Positions 38,454-50,710 of a DNA stretch of 64,000 bases are shown one piece after another. Position 1 is the first letter of the stretch; every line of letters begins with the position of its first letter. Source of the stretch: Chrysomallon squamiferum (Eukaryota; Animalia; Mollusca); NCBI GenBank assembly GCA_012295275.1, contig CM022665.1, positions 15,810,001 through 15,874,000 of the forward strand, in the 5' to 3' direction. The translations under genes and the position numbers were made by a program. The notes below the pieces were generated by a model, which was given only the letters and a program-made list of their open reading frames with translations, did not search any database and was not told the DNA's origin.

Positions 38454-39488
38454 TCAAAGCATTGATTCTTTAGTGGACAAATCTCGAACTTGATTTCGTT
38501 GCGTACTGTTAATACTCAAAATGAAATCATTGCGACTGTCTTTCGTTTTACACATGATAATATCTTTGTATTCCTGTCTAATCCTCTTGTTCATAATTCC
38601 GTAAATAAAACAGTTAATGACGCTGTTGGCATGTCCCAGAATGTTGACTGCGGCATGCAGAACTACAAGATTTGGTGACGCATCAGCAAACATGGCTGTT
38701 AGACCGTAAGGTGTGGTAACAACCATGAATGCAATGAAAACGGCTAGTTGCGTCTTCACGCTCCTGATTTCTCGGATATGTCTCTGCAAAATGACACTCT
38801 GTAGTTGGGTATTAACCTTTGCGTTTCGGCGAGATATGTTCGTAAGTATTTTCACATAGCAAGCTAGGGAAATGGATACAGGAAATCCTATAACTGTCCC
38901 GACTACGATTACAGTGTACGATGTAGACTTGTATCTGTCATAGCTACATTCATGTATTAGTTTGTCGTAAGTCAAATCGGAACAACAGAACAGCGGTAGA
39001 CCAGCTAAGATCCAACCATACATCCACTGCACAGCACAGATAAGGTACACATTTCTAAGCGAAAAAATCTTAGCACTTTTGGCGAAGTAACAAATCTGGC
39101 AGCACCTGTTAAGCGCAATGACCATTAAAGATGAAATTGATACAAATTTGAGCAATATGATCATGAAAGCGTTAAACTGACACAGCATAAATGGGCCAGG
39201 GAAGCGTCCGTATAGAAGGTCTATTGTATCAAAAACGACAACATACGCCGTTAGCAAGAAATCCGCTACAGCTAGGTTACACAGCAAAATATTGTAACTA
39301 GTAGTGAGGTGACTGTTTTTGAATAGACCTACGATAACGTAGATAAACAGAGCAGTGATAACAGGATAGAAAAGTTCATTGTAAAATTCGTATCCCTGAT
39401 ACCACGGTGAAATGTAAACACTTAAATGGTTGTTGGTGGTACTGTTTCCACCGCTATTGGGACTGTTACTAACACTGCTGTAATGCAT
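38454..39488 (-). CDS. Intronless class A (rhodopsin-like) GPCR, melatonin-receptor-like/orphan, 344 aa
   Basis: Seven hydrophobic segments; NLAVADFL (TM2), conserved TM3 Cys, IALNRC (NRY-type variant of DRY), TM4 Trp, TTPY (TM6), NSVINCFIYGIMNKRIR (TM7-helix 8); N-glycosylation sequon in the N-terminus. Confidence 0.93.
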   Translation of the reverse strand: MHYSSVSNSPNSGGNSTTNNHLSVYISPWYQGYEFYNELFYPVITALFIYVIVGLFKNSHLTTSYNILLCNLAVADFLLTAYVVVFDTIDLLYGRFPGPFMLCQFNAFMIILLKFVSISSLMVIALNRCCQICYFAKSAKIFSLRNVYLICAVQWMYGWILAGLPLFCCSDLTYDKLIHECSYDRYKSTSYTVIVVGTVIGFPVSISLACYVKILTNISRRNAKVNTQLQSVILQRHIREIRSVKTQLAVFIAFMVVTTPYGLTAMFADASPNLVVLHAAVNILGHANSVINCFIYGIMNKRIRQEYKDIIMCKTKDSRNDFILSINSTQRNQVRDLSTKESML

Positions 39489-40587
39489 TCTTTTTCATAC
39501 AGCTGTCTCAGATTTGTGCTAAATTAAATAATTACCCACGTCTACTTTTTAACAGCGCCATGTACTAACATAATTATTCTCCTCCAGACATCTTGTTAGT
39601 ATATCTCAGAACGGTAAGAGTGCAAGTAGGTACTGGAAATTCAGAGATAAAATGTAATTTTCTGTCCACACGTCTTCTTCTTCTGATTTTTTTTTTTTCA
39701 AGTTAATTCATTACATCTTTAAACTCAGAATCTTTCTTCTTCTTTCATCTACATCTTTTATTTCAGTTTTTATGTTCCTTTTAAGTCTTCCTAATACAAG
39801 TATCATTCGACACGAAGTCTGCCAATCTAAGAGACAAAAATTAATTTTTCCATTAAGAATTCGTTCGTGTCGGCGGTCTAGAAACTTGTTTCCTGTTTCT
39901 CTGCCGAAGAATAGCAATTTACGGATGCTTATTATATATGTACGTTCGGGAGAACAATGAAGCTTTTTAATAATATTAACACCACAAAAGAAGACCCGCA
40001 ATACCTAGACCATTATTAACTATGCTTGACTTTGACATTACATCAAATAATCAGTCAATTTCATTTGTCTCTTTATAAATTCTCGACAAAATGGAGACAA
40101 AATTATTGTATTGATTTTTGGCTAATTTTGTTTTGTTTTCGTTTTTTGTTGTTGTATTTTTTTTTATCAGCGAAACACGAACTAAAAATGACCGTGAAAA
40201 TATATCCTCTAATTTGTTTCTGTCAGATATGAAGCACAATATACTATAGGTATAGTGTTTGGTTGATAATAAACTAAAATGATTCAGTATTTATTATAAA
40301 ATAAAATAAAAGAAACGTGAGCAGATAAGTTGTGCTGAATGGAGTTCTGTTATTAGAAAATAGTAATAAATATACTAAGATCACATTTACTGAACCAGCA
40401 GACGAATAAACTGTGAGATTCCCGGTGTCGTTCGTGCACTAAATAAAATAATGTTAATTGTTCTGGAAAACAAAGCTGAAATTTATATATTTAATCTGTA
40501 TTAATAATTCTGTACTACAAATCGATTACCTTTAATTAAAAACACAAAAACATTTAATTTTCCTGAAGTTTTGACCTTAAATGTATA

Positions 40588-41130
40588 ATGTTACACTTCG
40601 TGCAGAGTCACGCTTCGTTGTAGGTCGCCTAGACCAGGGGTTTTCAAACTTTTTGACTTGCGGACCCCTTTATATTTCAGGCTTTACCTTAGGGACCCCC
40701 TTATAAACGCTTATGAAATTTATAATAAATATTTGCTTAAAATAACATATATTTTTACATTTATTTATCTAACAGTATTTAACAAATAGGTTTATTGTCA
40801 GTTATACACACAGGATTTACCTGTTATTTCATGCGCTCACATTTACAAATATAAGAAAAAAGATTTCGATTAAAAAACATATATAAAATCAAACTGCCCA
40901 TAAAAAGTATTCGCTGTCCACGGACCCCCTGTCTTGTACTTGCGGACCCCCTGTGGTCCGCGGACCACAGTTTGAAAAACCCTGGCCTAGACTGTACTAC
41001 GTTGTCGAAAAAAATAGTCTTAGTCATCTAAAAGTACTCTCCGTATATGGCACAGGAAGAAGGAAACAAACAAACAAAATAAACAACAAAAAACAACAAA
41101 TGGCCCAGCTTTATTTACTGTGTGAAAAGT
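40588..41130 (-). repeat. Decayed duplicate of the M28 peptidase exon 1/promoter region (36820-37180), interrupted by a MITE
   Basis: gagtcacgcttcgttgtaggtcgcctagac (40605-40634) vs gagtaacgcttagttataggtcgccttgac (36900-36929), 26/30 identical; downstream blocks tatatggcaca and atttactgtgtgaaaa are also shared. Confidence 0.75.
40635..40984. mobile_element. Complete hAT (Charlie-type) MITE, 350 bp
   Basis: TIRs CAGGGGTTTTCAAACT / AGTTTGAAAAACCCTG; perfect 8-bp TSD GCCTAGAC (40627-40634, 40985-40992); sub-terminal CGGACCCC repeats. Confidence 0.95.
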
Positions 41131-41666
41131 AGTTGATTGATTTTAGAAACTGTTGTAATTGACCGACTGGGGAGGAATTAACGGAGGAACTGGGGAGAAA
41201 TTTAACTCGGGGTAGGAACTTGGCAAGGATGTAGGGCCTACTTTGTACACGTGATGGTATGACTTAAACAACAAAAACAACACAGACATCATCATCTTCA
41301 TCAACAATAACAATAACAGAAACAACAACAACAATAATAAGAGTTGCAGCAGAAGCAGCACAACCAGTAGTAGTATTACTTCTAGTAGTAAATAAATAAA
41401 TGATATAAAAAACAAATAAATAAATAAGTAAATAAATAAAAACTACAAAAAAGGAAAAAAGAAGAAATGAATAAAAAAGAATAATAATAAAAAAATGTTT
41501 TAAGAAATTAATGAAAAATAAAAAATTTAAATATAAATAAAACATGAAGGCATAACTTAAATTCTCCGACTAAAGAAATCAAACAACGAAAAAAAAATTA
41601 GTAAAAGGAGAATGCCCTATTAATATAATGATGATGATGATAATAATAACAATAATAATAATAATA

Positions 41667-41707
41667 ATTTAATTCTAGGGATCTCTAATTCAAAAGGTGG
41701 AATTACC

Positions 41708-41761
<54 letters not shown>

Positions 41762-41973
41762 TTAATTCTAGGGATCTCTAATTCAAAAGGTGGAATTACC
41801 ATAATAATAATAATAATAATACTTGAAATTTGAATGGTCAAAATTACTATAATTTTAAGTAGGAATGTAACGCTTGAAAATAAATATATTTATTACATGT
41901 CATTTGAAAGAAATTAATGTATTTATTTTCTTTAATTTTTCATTCTTTCTAATATAGGTAATTTTATACTGCT

Positions 41974-42024
<51 letters not shown>

Positions 42025-42535
42025 GTCTTAGGTACTTACCTTTAGGATTATTAATCGCTATTTAAATGTTCGGAAAACAAGATTAAAGAACTTGTACTCT
42101 AGTTGCTAAGTATTACTATGGACGTCAACACGTCAGATGATTGTTGAGGTCAGCTGTACACTTGTCTGGGATGATTTCGGAAACTGTTTTGAATAAAATC
42201 TGCTAGTTCAAAGGATCTTTTCCTAAGATTCAACATAGTAGCTCACACACGCTAAATATTTTTCTGAAAATATACTAGTAAACATTTGACATTCATCATA
42301 TGTACTCAGTGCGACACAAATTGTTGTATTAGTTGAACCATTTTATAAAAGATTATTTCCTCGAATTTAGCTGCAGTATTTGAGATTAATGACGTACGTT
42401 AGTGAGTATTTTGCTTTTAAAATTAAATGACAGTGTTACTGATCAAAGCACGCGTACAGATATTCACTTTCTCCTTTTTTTAAATTTTTTAAATTTAATT
42501 CTAGGGATCTCTAATTTAAAAGGTGGAATTAACAT
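41667..42535 (+). repeat. Three copies of a 43-bp unit each followed by (AAT)n (41667-41709, 41760-41802, 42493-42535)
   Basis: atttaattctagggatctctaatt(c/t)aaaaggtggaatta(c/a)cat, near-identical in all three. Confidence 0.85.
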
Positions 42536-42699
42536 AATAATAACAATCGTAATAATAATAATAGGCCATAGGCGGAGTTTCACTTCATTTCATAGTTAAT
42601 ACAAACAACAACAACAATCGTACTATGTAAATTTTGTTTTGTTTACGAAAATGATGTTTTCATATGTTGATAACTAGAGGTTCCTGATATAGCATAAGC

Positions 42700-42990
42700 A
42701 TGCCTGGGGGACGTCGAATTCTTTCAAGGATACAGTCTTCGTCATCATATTCGTCATCCACACATAAAAGTCCAGGGATCGGCGGAAAGTATGTTTGTAC
42801 CAGTTGTCGGAGTTAATCATTTTACTGAGCAAACTGTTACTGTTCAGTAACATGTATTAGTACTATTACTAACACTTAATAGTAATAATAAAAATGTTGG
42901 TGTGAGTGTGTATAGTATAATATATATATAAATTAATTTCCATTTCTGTGATATTCTTAATTTAAAAACAAATAATCAAACAATAATTTA

Positions 42991-43065
<75 letters not shown>

Positions 43066-46000
43066 GAAAGTTAAATACCATTCAAAATTTAAATGTTTCT
43101 AAACATTATTTCAGTCATAATGGCGAAGAAAGAGAGCCCAACATGATTCCATTGGCCTCCATGGTTGTACTACCCAAACATGCATCAATTCCTGAAATCC
43201 CTGGTGACTCAAATCTCTATTTTGAAGTGATGCTGTTCATCTTTGGTGTGATCATCATGTGTCTGCAGTTCATTAACCTGTACAAAACAGTCTGGTGGCT
43301 GCCACATTCACATTCTAATTATGCTTTGGTTTGTTCTATTAACTTATTAGTGTGTTTATGTATGTATAATCATAATAATGATATTTCAAAGGCCCACATA
43401 TAAACAGGAATACATAACTTTATTTATATACATAAACATACACATGTAAAATGTATTTACGTGTATATATGTATATGTATATATATATATATTTTTGCAC
43501 ATGTGCACACACACACACACCAAAACATTTTTTTTTTTTAAATTATCCTTAAGAAGTTAAAACAACAAAATTATATTATTTTCTCATTAATTTCACCAAT
43601 ATTACAGTTATAAAAAGAATTCTGGATCTGTCTTCAGTTCAGTGTAATATCATTCACTGATTCAGTTTGACTGAAAAAATAAAACAGAAATTTTTGTGTC
43701 TTTAACAGATTAAGCTTTGAGTTTAGACTCTTGAAATTACCATTATTTTGGGTTATTTAACAGAATGAGAAACATACATTGTTTATAAGAATTATTATTT
43801 TATTAGGAAATGCACATAATGAAACATTCATTGTTTTTTGGTTTTAAGTAGCATGTTTCAAAATTATGCAGACTATTGGAGAGTGTTCACTTATCACTGA
43901 TATTGATAAATTAAAAAATACAACTACACATATCATTCTTCTTTCTTTTTTTTTCTTCTGCAAATGTTAGATGTATAGTAATAATGCATATGTAATAATG
44001 TTTATGTGTCACTTGAAAAAAAATCATATTTGTTCTAACCCAGTTTATATGTGTATGTACACACACACACACACACACACACATTCATAAACTAATGTGT
44101 TGTGATTATAAAGATGTATTATGTGAAGAAATATGTAAACTTTCTTACAGAAATGTATTTTGATTAAATTGTTATTTCAGAACTTTTACCTGATTGACCC
44201 ATATCTGCTTCAGTTTCTGTGCTTACTGATGAGTCGTCGACTGATTGCTTGTTTTGTTCAAGAGGTTCGTATGAAATAGAATAACATCTTACAATTAGCC
44301 TGAGTATCTTCTGGTGAAGAACAGGTCAGACAGACATTTGGATGGATATCACTGGTTCTGTATTATTTTTTGGATATTCTTTGCCAACTATATGATTGAT
44401 TACAATTCCAGCTAGTATACTCATTTAACAATAATTTTGGTTTCACATTCCTTTAGATTGGTTGTTTTTGAGTTTGCTGGTAACATAAAAAGTACACATG
44501 CTACAAGAAGAAACACAAGACCCGTATCATAAAATCACTGACTCAGAAATCTTTGGATATGTTTGAATTGACCTAAATAGTGATACAGTGATCAGCTGAT
44601 TAACACGTGACAGGTTTTCAGTGTGACGTAAATGCAAGGATTTTTGACTTGACAAATCATGACATCGTTTAAAGATATTCAGTCCATTACATCTATTTGT
44701 GCTCATGTGTTAGAGTGTCCAAAATTTGTTACTGTAAATAATGTGGTAAATGTAGCTGTTACAAGACCAATTATATACAGTGGAAGCCATCATTTGTTTG
44801 TACTGTTATCAGACCAAAATTTGTTCATACATCTGTTAATGTGGATCATAATTATCATAATATGTTCATATATCTGATGATCGTGATTTGTACATTTGTG
44901 GATCATAATTAGATCATACAATGTACCTACCTCTGGAACAAAACATATCAATTCATATTTAATATGGATCATAGTAAATCTATTCATATATTGATATGTG
45001 TCTTAATTTGTATTCACATACTTGTTAATATAGATTTTGTTTTGTTTCTGATTATAATCATAATTTACTGACAACTTTTGTCAGTATGGATTATAATTTG
45101 TTCATATATAATTATATTTGTTAATATAGAATATAATTTGTTTTGTTTTTAACACTGATCATAATTTGTTCAGACATTAGTCCATTTTGGTTATAATTTG
45201 TTCACATATTTGTTAATGTAGATCATAATTTGCTTTGTTTTTAACTCATAATTTATGCCAGTCTTTTTTAATATGGGTCATTTGTTTCCTAGGTTTGTTC
45301 AGTACTTAACACTTCAAGTGTAATGGCTGATTTTGTGGCCTGCAAGATGTCACTAAATGACTGGTTAAGATTTAACATTCTACCAAATTCAAACAGTAGA
45401 GAACGTCGGCAAAACATGGATGTTTATAAATGACAACCACAATTCGCGAAAAACACTCAAGTTATGGAACACTGCTACCACTAGGTTTAATATAATCTGT
45501 AATTGGTCTGTATGTCTGTTAATATGTATCATGGTCTGTCCATTTGTCCGTTTGCCTAAGCCAGCCTTTTAGAACATTTGTTAATTTTGTTGATCTCCTA
45601 TCATGTGTTTTTAATGTGGACTACAGTCTGATAATTTAATGTTTGTTTCAGGTTTACGGAAGTCGATCATATAAAGTGTTTTACTGGAGTTTACAGCTGA
45701 TAAAGCTTCTCTTTGTCATTTTGGCTGTTGGCTGGCTGGGTTACACAGGATACTATGTTGTCATTCAACACTCACCACTTTACTGTTTATATCTCTGTTG
45801 TCCGTTTGTATCATTTTGTATTATTTATTTATTGTCATTATATTGATTAAAAGGAATGTATAATATGTTCCCCAGAATGATGATAACTTTAGTCAGTAAT
45901 GTAAAATATTTTAAATTAAATTTTTGATATATATATATATATATAATAACAATAATAATAGTTTAATTGGTTTCTTTTTCTTCTTTTTTTCTGATTGAAT

Positions 46001-49000
46001 GTTTAATTGGTGTGAAAGATGGTGAATAATTCTGTGCTTTTAATTGCTTTAAGATTAATTACAAATAAAAAAAGATTTTGATTTTGCTTCTTAAAGTTTG
46101 AAAAGTTTTATTTTGTTATTATTTTTTAAGAAAGTAAAAAAAAAAAAAAATGATAAGAATTTAGGATGTAATATTGTTCCAAAAACGTTTAGGGATTTAG
46201 AAAAGATTTATTATTTTTTATAGGAGAAATATGCTTCATTTTCAGATATCTAGTTCTGGAACAGTAGAATTTAATGCAATGCTTATTAGAAATTATTATT
46301 TAGATCATAGATGTGTAATAACCACAACATAAATTTTCAATTAAATCAAAGATTTTGGATAATTCTAATTAAACCATAAAATATATTATCAGAAACTGTT
46401 TTCTTTTTCTTTTGTAAATGTCATTCATTTTAATAACCAGAGAATATTTCGGGAAAAATGTTTGCTATAAAATTACTTTAGAAAAAGATTCAAATCATAG
46501 CTTTCAATTCATTATCATTAAGCATAAGTAAAACATTTAAAAACTGCATATTTTAAAATTCTAAAACAATTTATTTTTACTTTCAGATTGGCAACATATT
46601 TAATTTTATTTGGTCCAGCACTCAAGCCTCTATACCACAGATACCATGCATGGCCCAAACCTATGTACATTTTTGATAAAAGCCAACAAAAGTTAAAAAA
46701 TTGTGAGCGTGATGTTTGTTTAACACATAGTTGTACACTGACACCTGACATTGTTCGCGAGGAGGTGGAAACACTCAAAGTTGACTTCAACAATCGCGTG
46801 AAACAAGTTCTATTCAACTCCATGTTAACAGCTTATTATATGGCCTTTGTACCTCTCTGTTTTGCCCAGGTGAGTTAATAGTAGTAATATTTAGAACTGT
46901 TTTTTGTTTTGCTATGTTAAATCATTTCAGAATGATGTATTTTCAATTACTAAAGGCCATGATTCAAGTTTTATTTTTTTTGAAATGTAACATTTAAGGC
47001 ATTATTAATTGATAAGTAGTAATTAAGAGTAATGAATATACATGCTTATATACATTATGAGATGTTTGGGGACAATTGTAAAAAGACATAATTATATGTC
47101 TGAATGCACACACAGTGGACTGTATCAAAACTGGATTCACTTGGGATCCACAGCATATGCCTGTTTAGACAGAATGCTGGTATAGAAATATTAAAATTAC
47201 ATGAAATTGAGTTATAAGTTCATGGTTGATTATGAATGTCCCAGTTAAACTAGGAAACATTCTGTCACTATTCAGATTTGTTAACTTGCTAGTCATTACT
47301 CAGTTTCTCTCATCCAAAATATTGGTTTTCTACAGTAGAGGGATTTTGCATTCCTATTGCACATGTGCATGAAGAGTAACATCCCTTGACAAAATAGACT
47401 GAAACTAGTCTATTTACAAATTGGGGGACATGACAGACAGGTTGTTATTAGTTCACAGGAGACTCTAAACATTGGCAGCTAACATGTACATATTTTGAAT
47501 TAGATGGTATAAGGTCCACTGAAAATTTCTTTCAATTATTTATAATATTTTATTATTATTTACTGGAAACAAATGCATAAATATTGTGAATACCTCCACC
47601 ATGCTCAAAATCTGGGCATGCATGTGCTTATCAGTATACTGTGTATATGTGTGTAAGTACATACAAAATTATATATAATTTGTTTATTGGAACACATGCC
47701 TGCATAAATATTGTAAATACCACCCCCCATGTCAAAATCAGGGCATATGTGTGAGTAATTGAAAAAACATCTTTCAAAACAACTCAGGTCCAGATTAAGG
47801 GGTAGCAGGTCCCGTCCCCCACAGACACACTACAAACATTGGCAATAACTTGTTTTTCAGCAAGTCTTTGTGGTGATACCATTTACAGCCAGACTATTTA
47901 TACCTTTGTTGCAGACACATCTCTGATTGAACTCTGACAACATGGCCACACACTATGTTCAACAAACATGATTAATTAAATCTTTTGTTTATGAAGAAAT
48001 ATCGAGCTACTTATTTCCTTATAGGTTAAAACCTGTTACTTCTCTTATTACAGTTATTGTTAGGTGTAATTAGTATGAACATATTTAAAAAAAACTATAA
48101 ATAAACCATTTATTTTGGAGTAAGATATAATTGTGATATTGAAGAATGTACCTTTACTCACTTACTCATACAGACACCTACATACTTGTACAATCCCTAC
48201 TAAGTACATGTATTTGTGACTCCAAGCAACAAACACTTCTACTAGTTGTCGTAGTCTGAATAATTGAAACTGTTGTTCTCTATAGTTATCTGAACCATGT
48301 CATTAATTTCATTTGTTTTTGTTATTCTAGGTGTTGTGACAATTTCCCGTTCCTATTCAGGGTGGGTATATAATCCACATGTTTCTTGTTGTTCACTGGC
48401 TTCCCACCGACAAAATGTACTGTACAAACTCTCATGTTTGCAGTAACATTAAAATCTTTTTTATTTCTATGTGAAGCGATTACCCACAAATGTTTCCGAT
48501 ATACATTGTCTGGATATCGAAGGAAGTATAAGAAATTTCTCAGACATCTGTGATTGGAACAGTTAATAATTGAACAATGGTCGTGGCCTCCCATTACAGC
48601 ATAATTGCTTTTGCCCCTCAATTTGCAAGTATGGCTATTTTGGCGAGAGATCTCGCAATTTGCATCATCAAACTATTCAGGAACAGGCACATGCGCAGTG
48701 GAATGGGAAATGTCTCTATTACTGGTAATGGTCACTACGTTTTCGAATTTCAGACACTGCTTTCCTATCTGAATTTGAATGGCTAAATCTTTATGATGAA
48801 AACTCATCTATTAATTTTACTTTAGTCTGCAGTGAAAGGTGATATACTGCTCTTTTTTATGTCACTTTATCATTAGAAATTCAATACGACAGTACAAAAT
48901 GTGCACCATATGTGTATTTACATTAAATCTAAATGAGTGAATTCACTTAGCTATCAACACACACTAGTATTAATCTTGTTCATTTAGCTGTGTATAGTAA

Positions 49001-50677
49001 TTACAAGAAGCAAGGCATCATTGTTTATTAAGCTTTCAAAAAAAAGTGCAGTAGTTTAATTTCATGCAATTTGCCATCATTGTTTAAGAAGTAACTGTAC
49101 GTGCACAGTTGCGTGCTGTTGTTGACAAAACTAATAACTTTATCAATTGTTCTTTTGTTCAGCAATTTAGACTTGGAATCCAGTTTTGTTAACAATAGCT
49201 GGATGGGACTTTGAAATGTGTCAGTTTAAACAGAAATCAGTTCTTACATAAATGGAACAGAGATAAATTTAAGTCATTCAAATGCATTAATTACAGAATG
49301 TTTAAAGATGAATTTAAACTAGAACATTATCTGTTAAAACTGCCACAAAAAAAGCTAGAACATTATGTAAATGTAAAACCAGTAATGTCAGGCTTCCTAC
49401 AGAAACTGGCAGATGATTAAGTATTGAAAGAGAAGACAGAATATGTCTTTTATGTAATTCTGATATTGGTGATAGGTTCCACTATATTTTTCTTCTGCAT
49501 CTTTATCTTTTGATACCACATTATTATACACTTAGACCAAATGCAATAACATTTCAACATTTATTCTTTACAGTAAAAAAATCACTTTTATATAAACTTT
49601 CCGATTTTTACAAATTGTTATCGAGTTAATTTGTCTTCCATGTTAAATAATTATTAATATGTTTTGTACCACTACAGAAAATACTGTTTAGTTTATGTTT
49701 TGCTTATATGTTCTCAGTGCAGTCTTTAGAGAAATAAACTTGTCTTGTCTTGTCTCATAATGCCAGTTTTGATAGAGTCCACTGTATAAAATATTCAAGC
49801 ATATATACACATCTTCATATGTGATTATAATCCATGATGGATAAACATTTTATTACAGTAATGCTAGCAAGCATACATCCTGTTTAACTTTAATAGTGTA
49901 TGGTATTAGCAGTACAATGTATAATAAAATAAGATCTTGATATTAAAAACAATAGTATACTTACACATAATGTATACATGTGTTGGTATGTTATTTTTTA
50001 AAACAAATTCATGTATGTTTATATCAGTTTGTGGTGTACATACTTACTGAAATATTGTTTTGTGCTTATGACTTCTATTATTATTATTTTTTCAAATGAG
50101 TCTCAGTCTGTAATATTTGTATTATTATGCATTTAAATTTTTTTTGTGTGTAATGTATGTAAGTATATACATGTATATGTTATTTTCTTTCAAACTTCTA
50201 AAATCATTAAAAATAAATTTATCGGGAATTTTCTGTTTTAACAGTTATTATTTTATTTTATATTTCATCCTTTTGATAATGGCTATGGTGTGTTATTGCA
50301 TGTGTATTTTATTTTATCTCTAACTAACTTAAAGATCTTTATTTGTACTGCTTACGTAGAATGTACAAAACAACTGTGACTCATGCTGGGTAAGTGGTAC
50401 ACATATAAAAACTCTATATTTTTGTTTTTGGTTGTTTTAAGCACACTATCAGTACTAAGTGTGAGGGTATATATAAAAGCAGTGTTCTCACTTCAAACAT
50501 GTTACAGGTTGTTAGTTAATACATGATATCTGCAAGTCTTTATGAAGCAAAACACAAACATGAGATATTTGTGACATAATATATGCATACAGTGATATAT
50601 ACACCCATACTCAGTGTTTTATGTCATATAAAACAGTTCTCATAGTTACCACATTTATTTAGTGTTGATGTTTTATG

Positions 50678-50710
<33 letters not shown>

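Larger units (their letters stand above)
47113..49784. mobile_element. Tc1/mariner-type TIR element enclosing nested sequences
   Basis: TIRs CAGTGGACTGTATCAAAACTGG (47113) and CCAGTTTTGATAGAGTCCACTG|TA (ends 49784), 21/22 identical. Confidence 0.8.
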
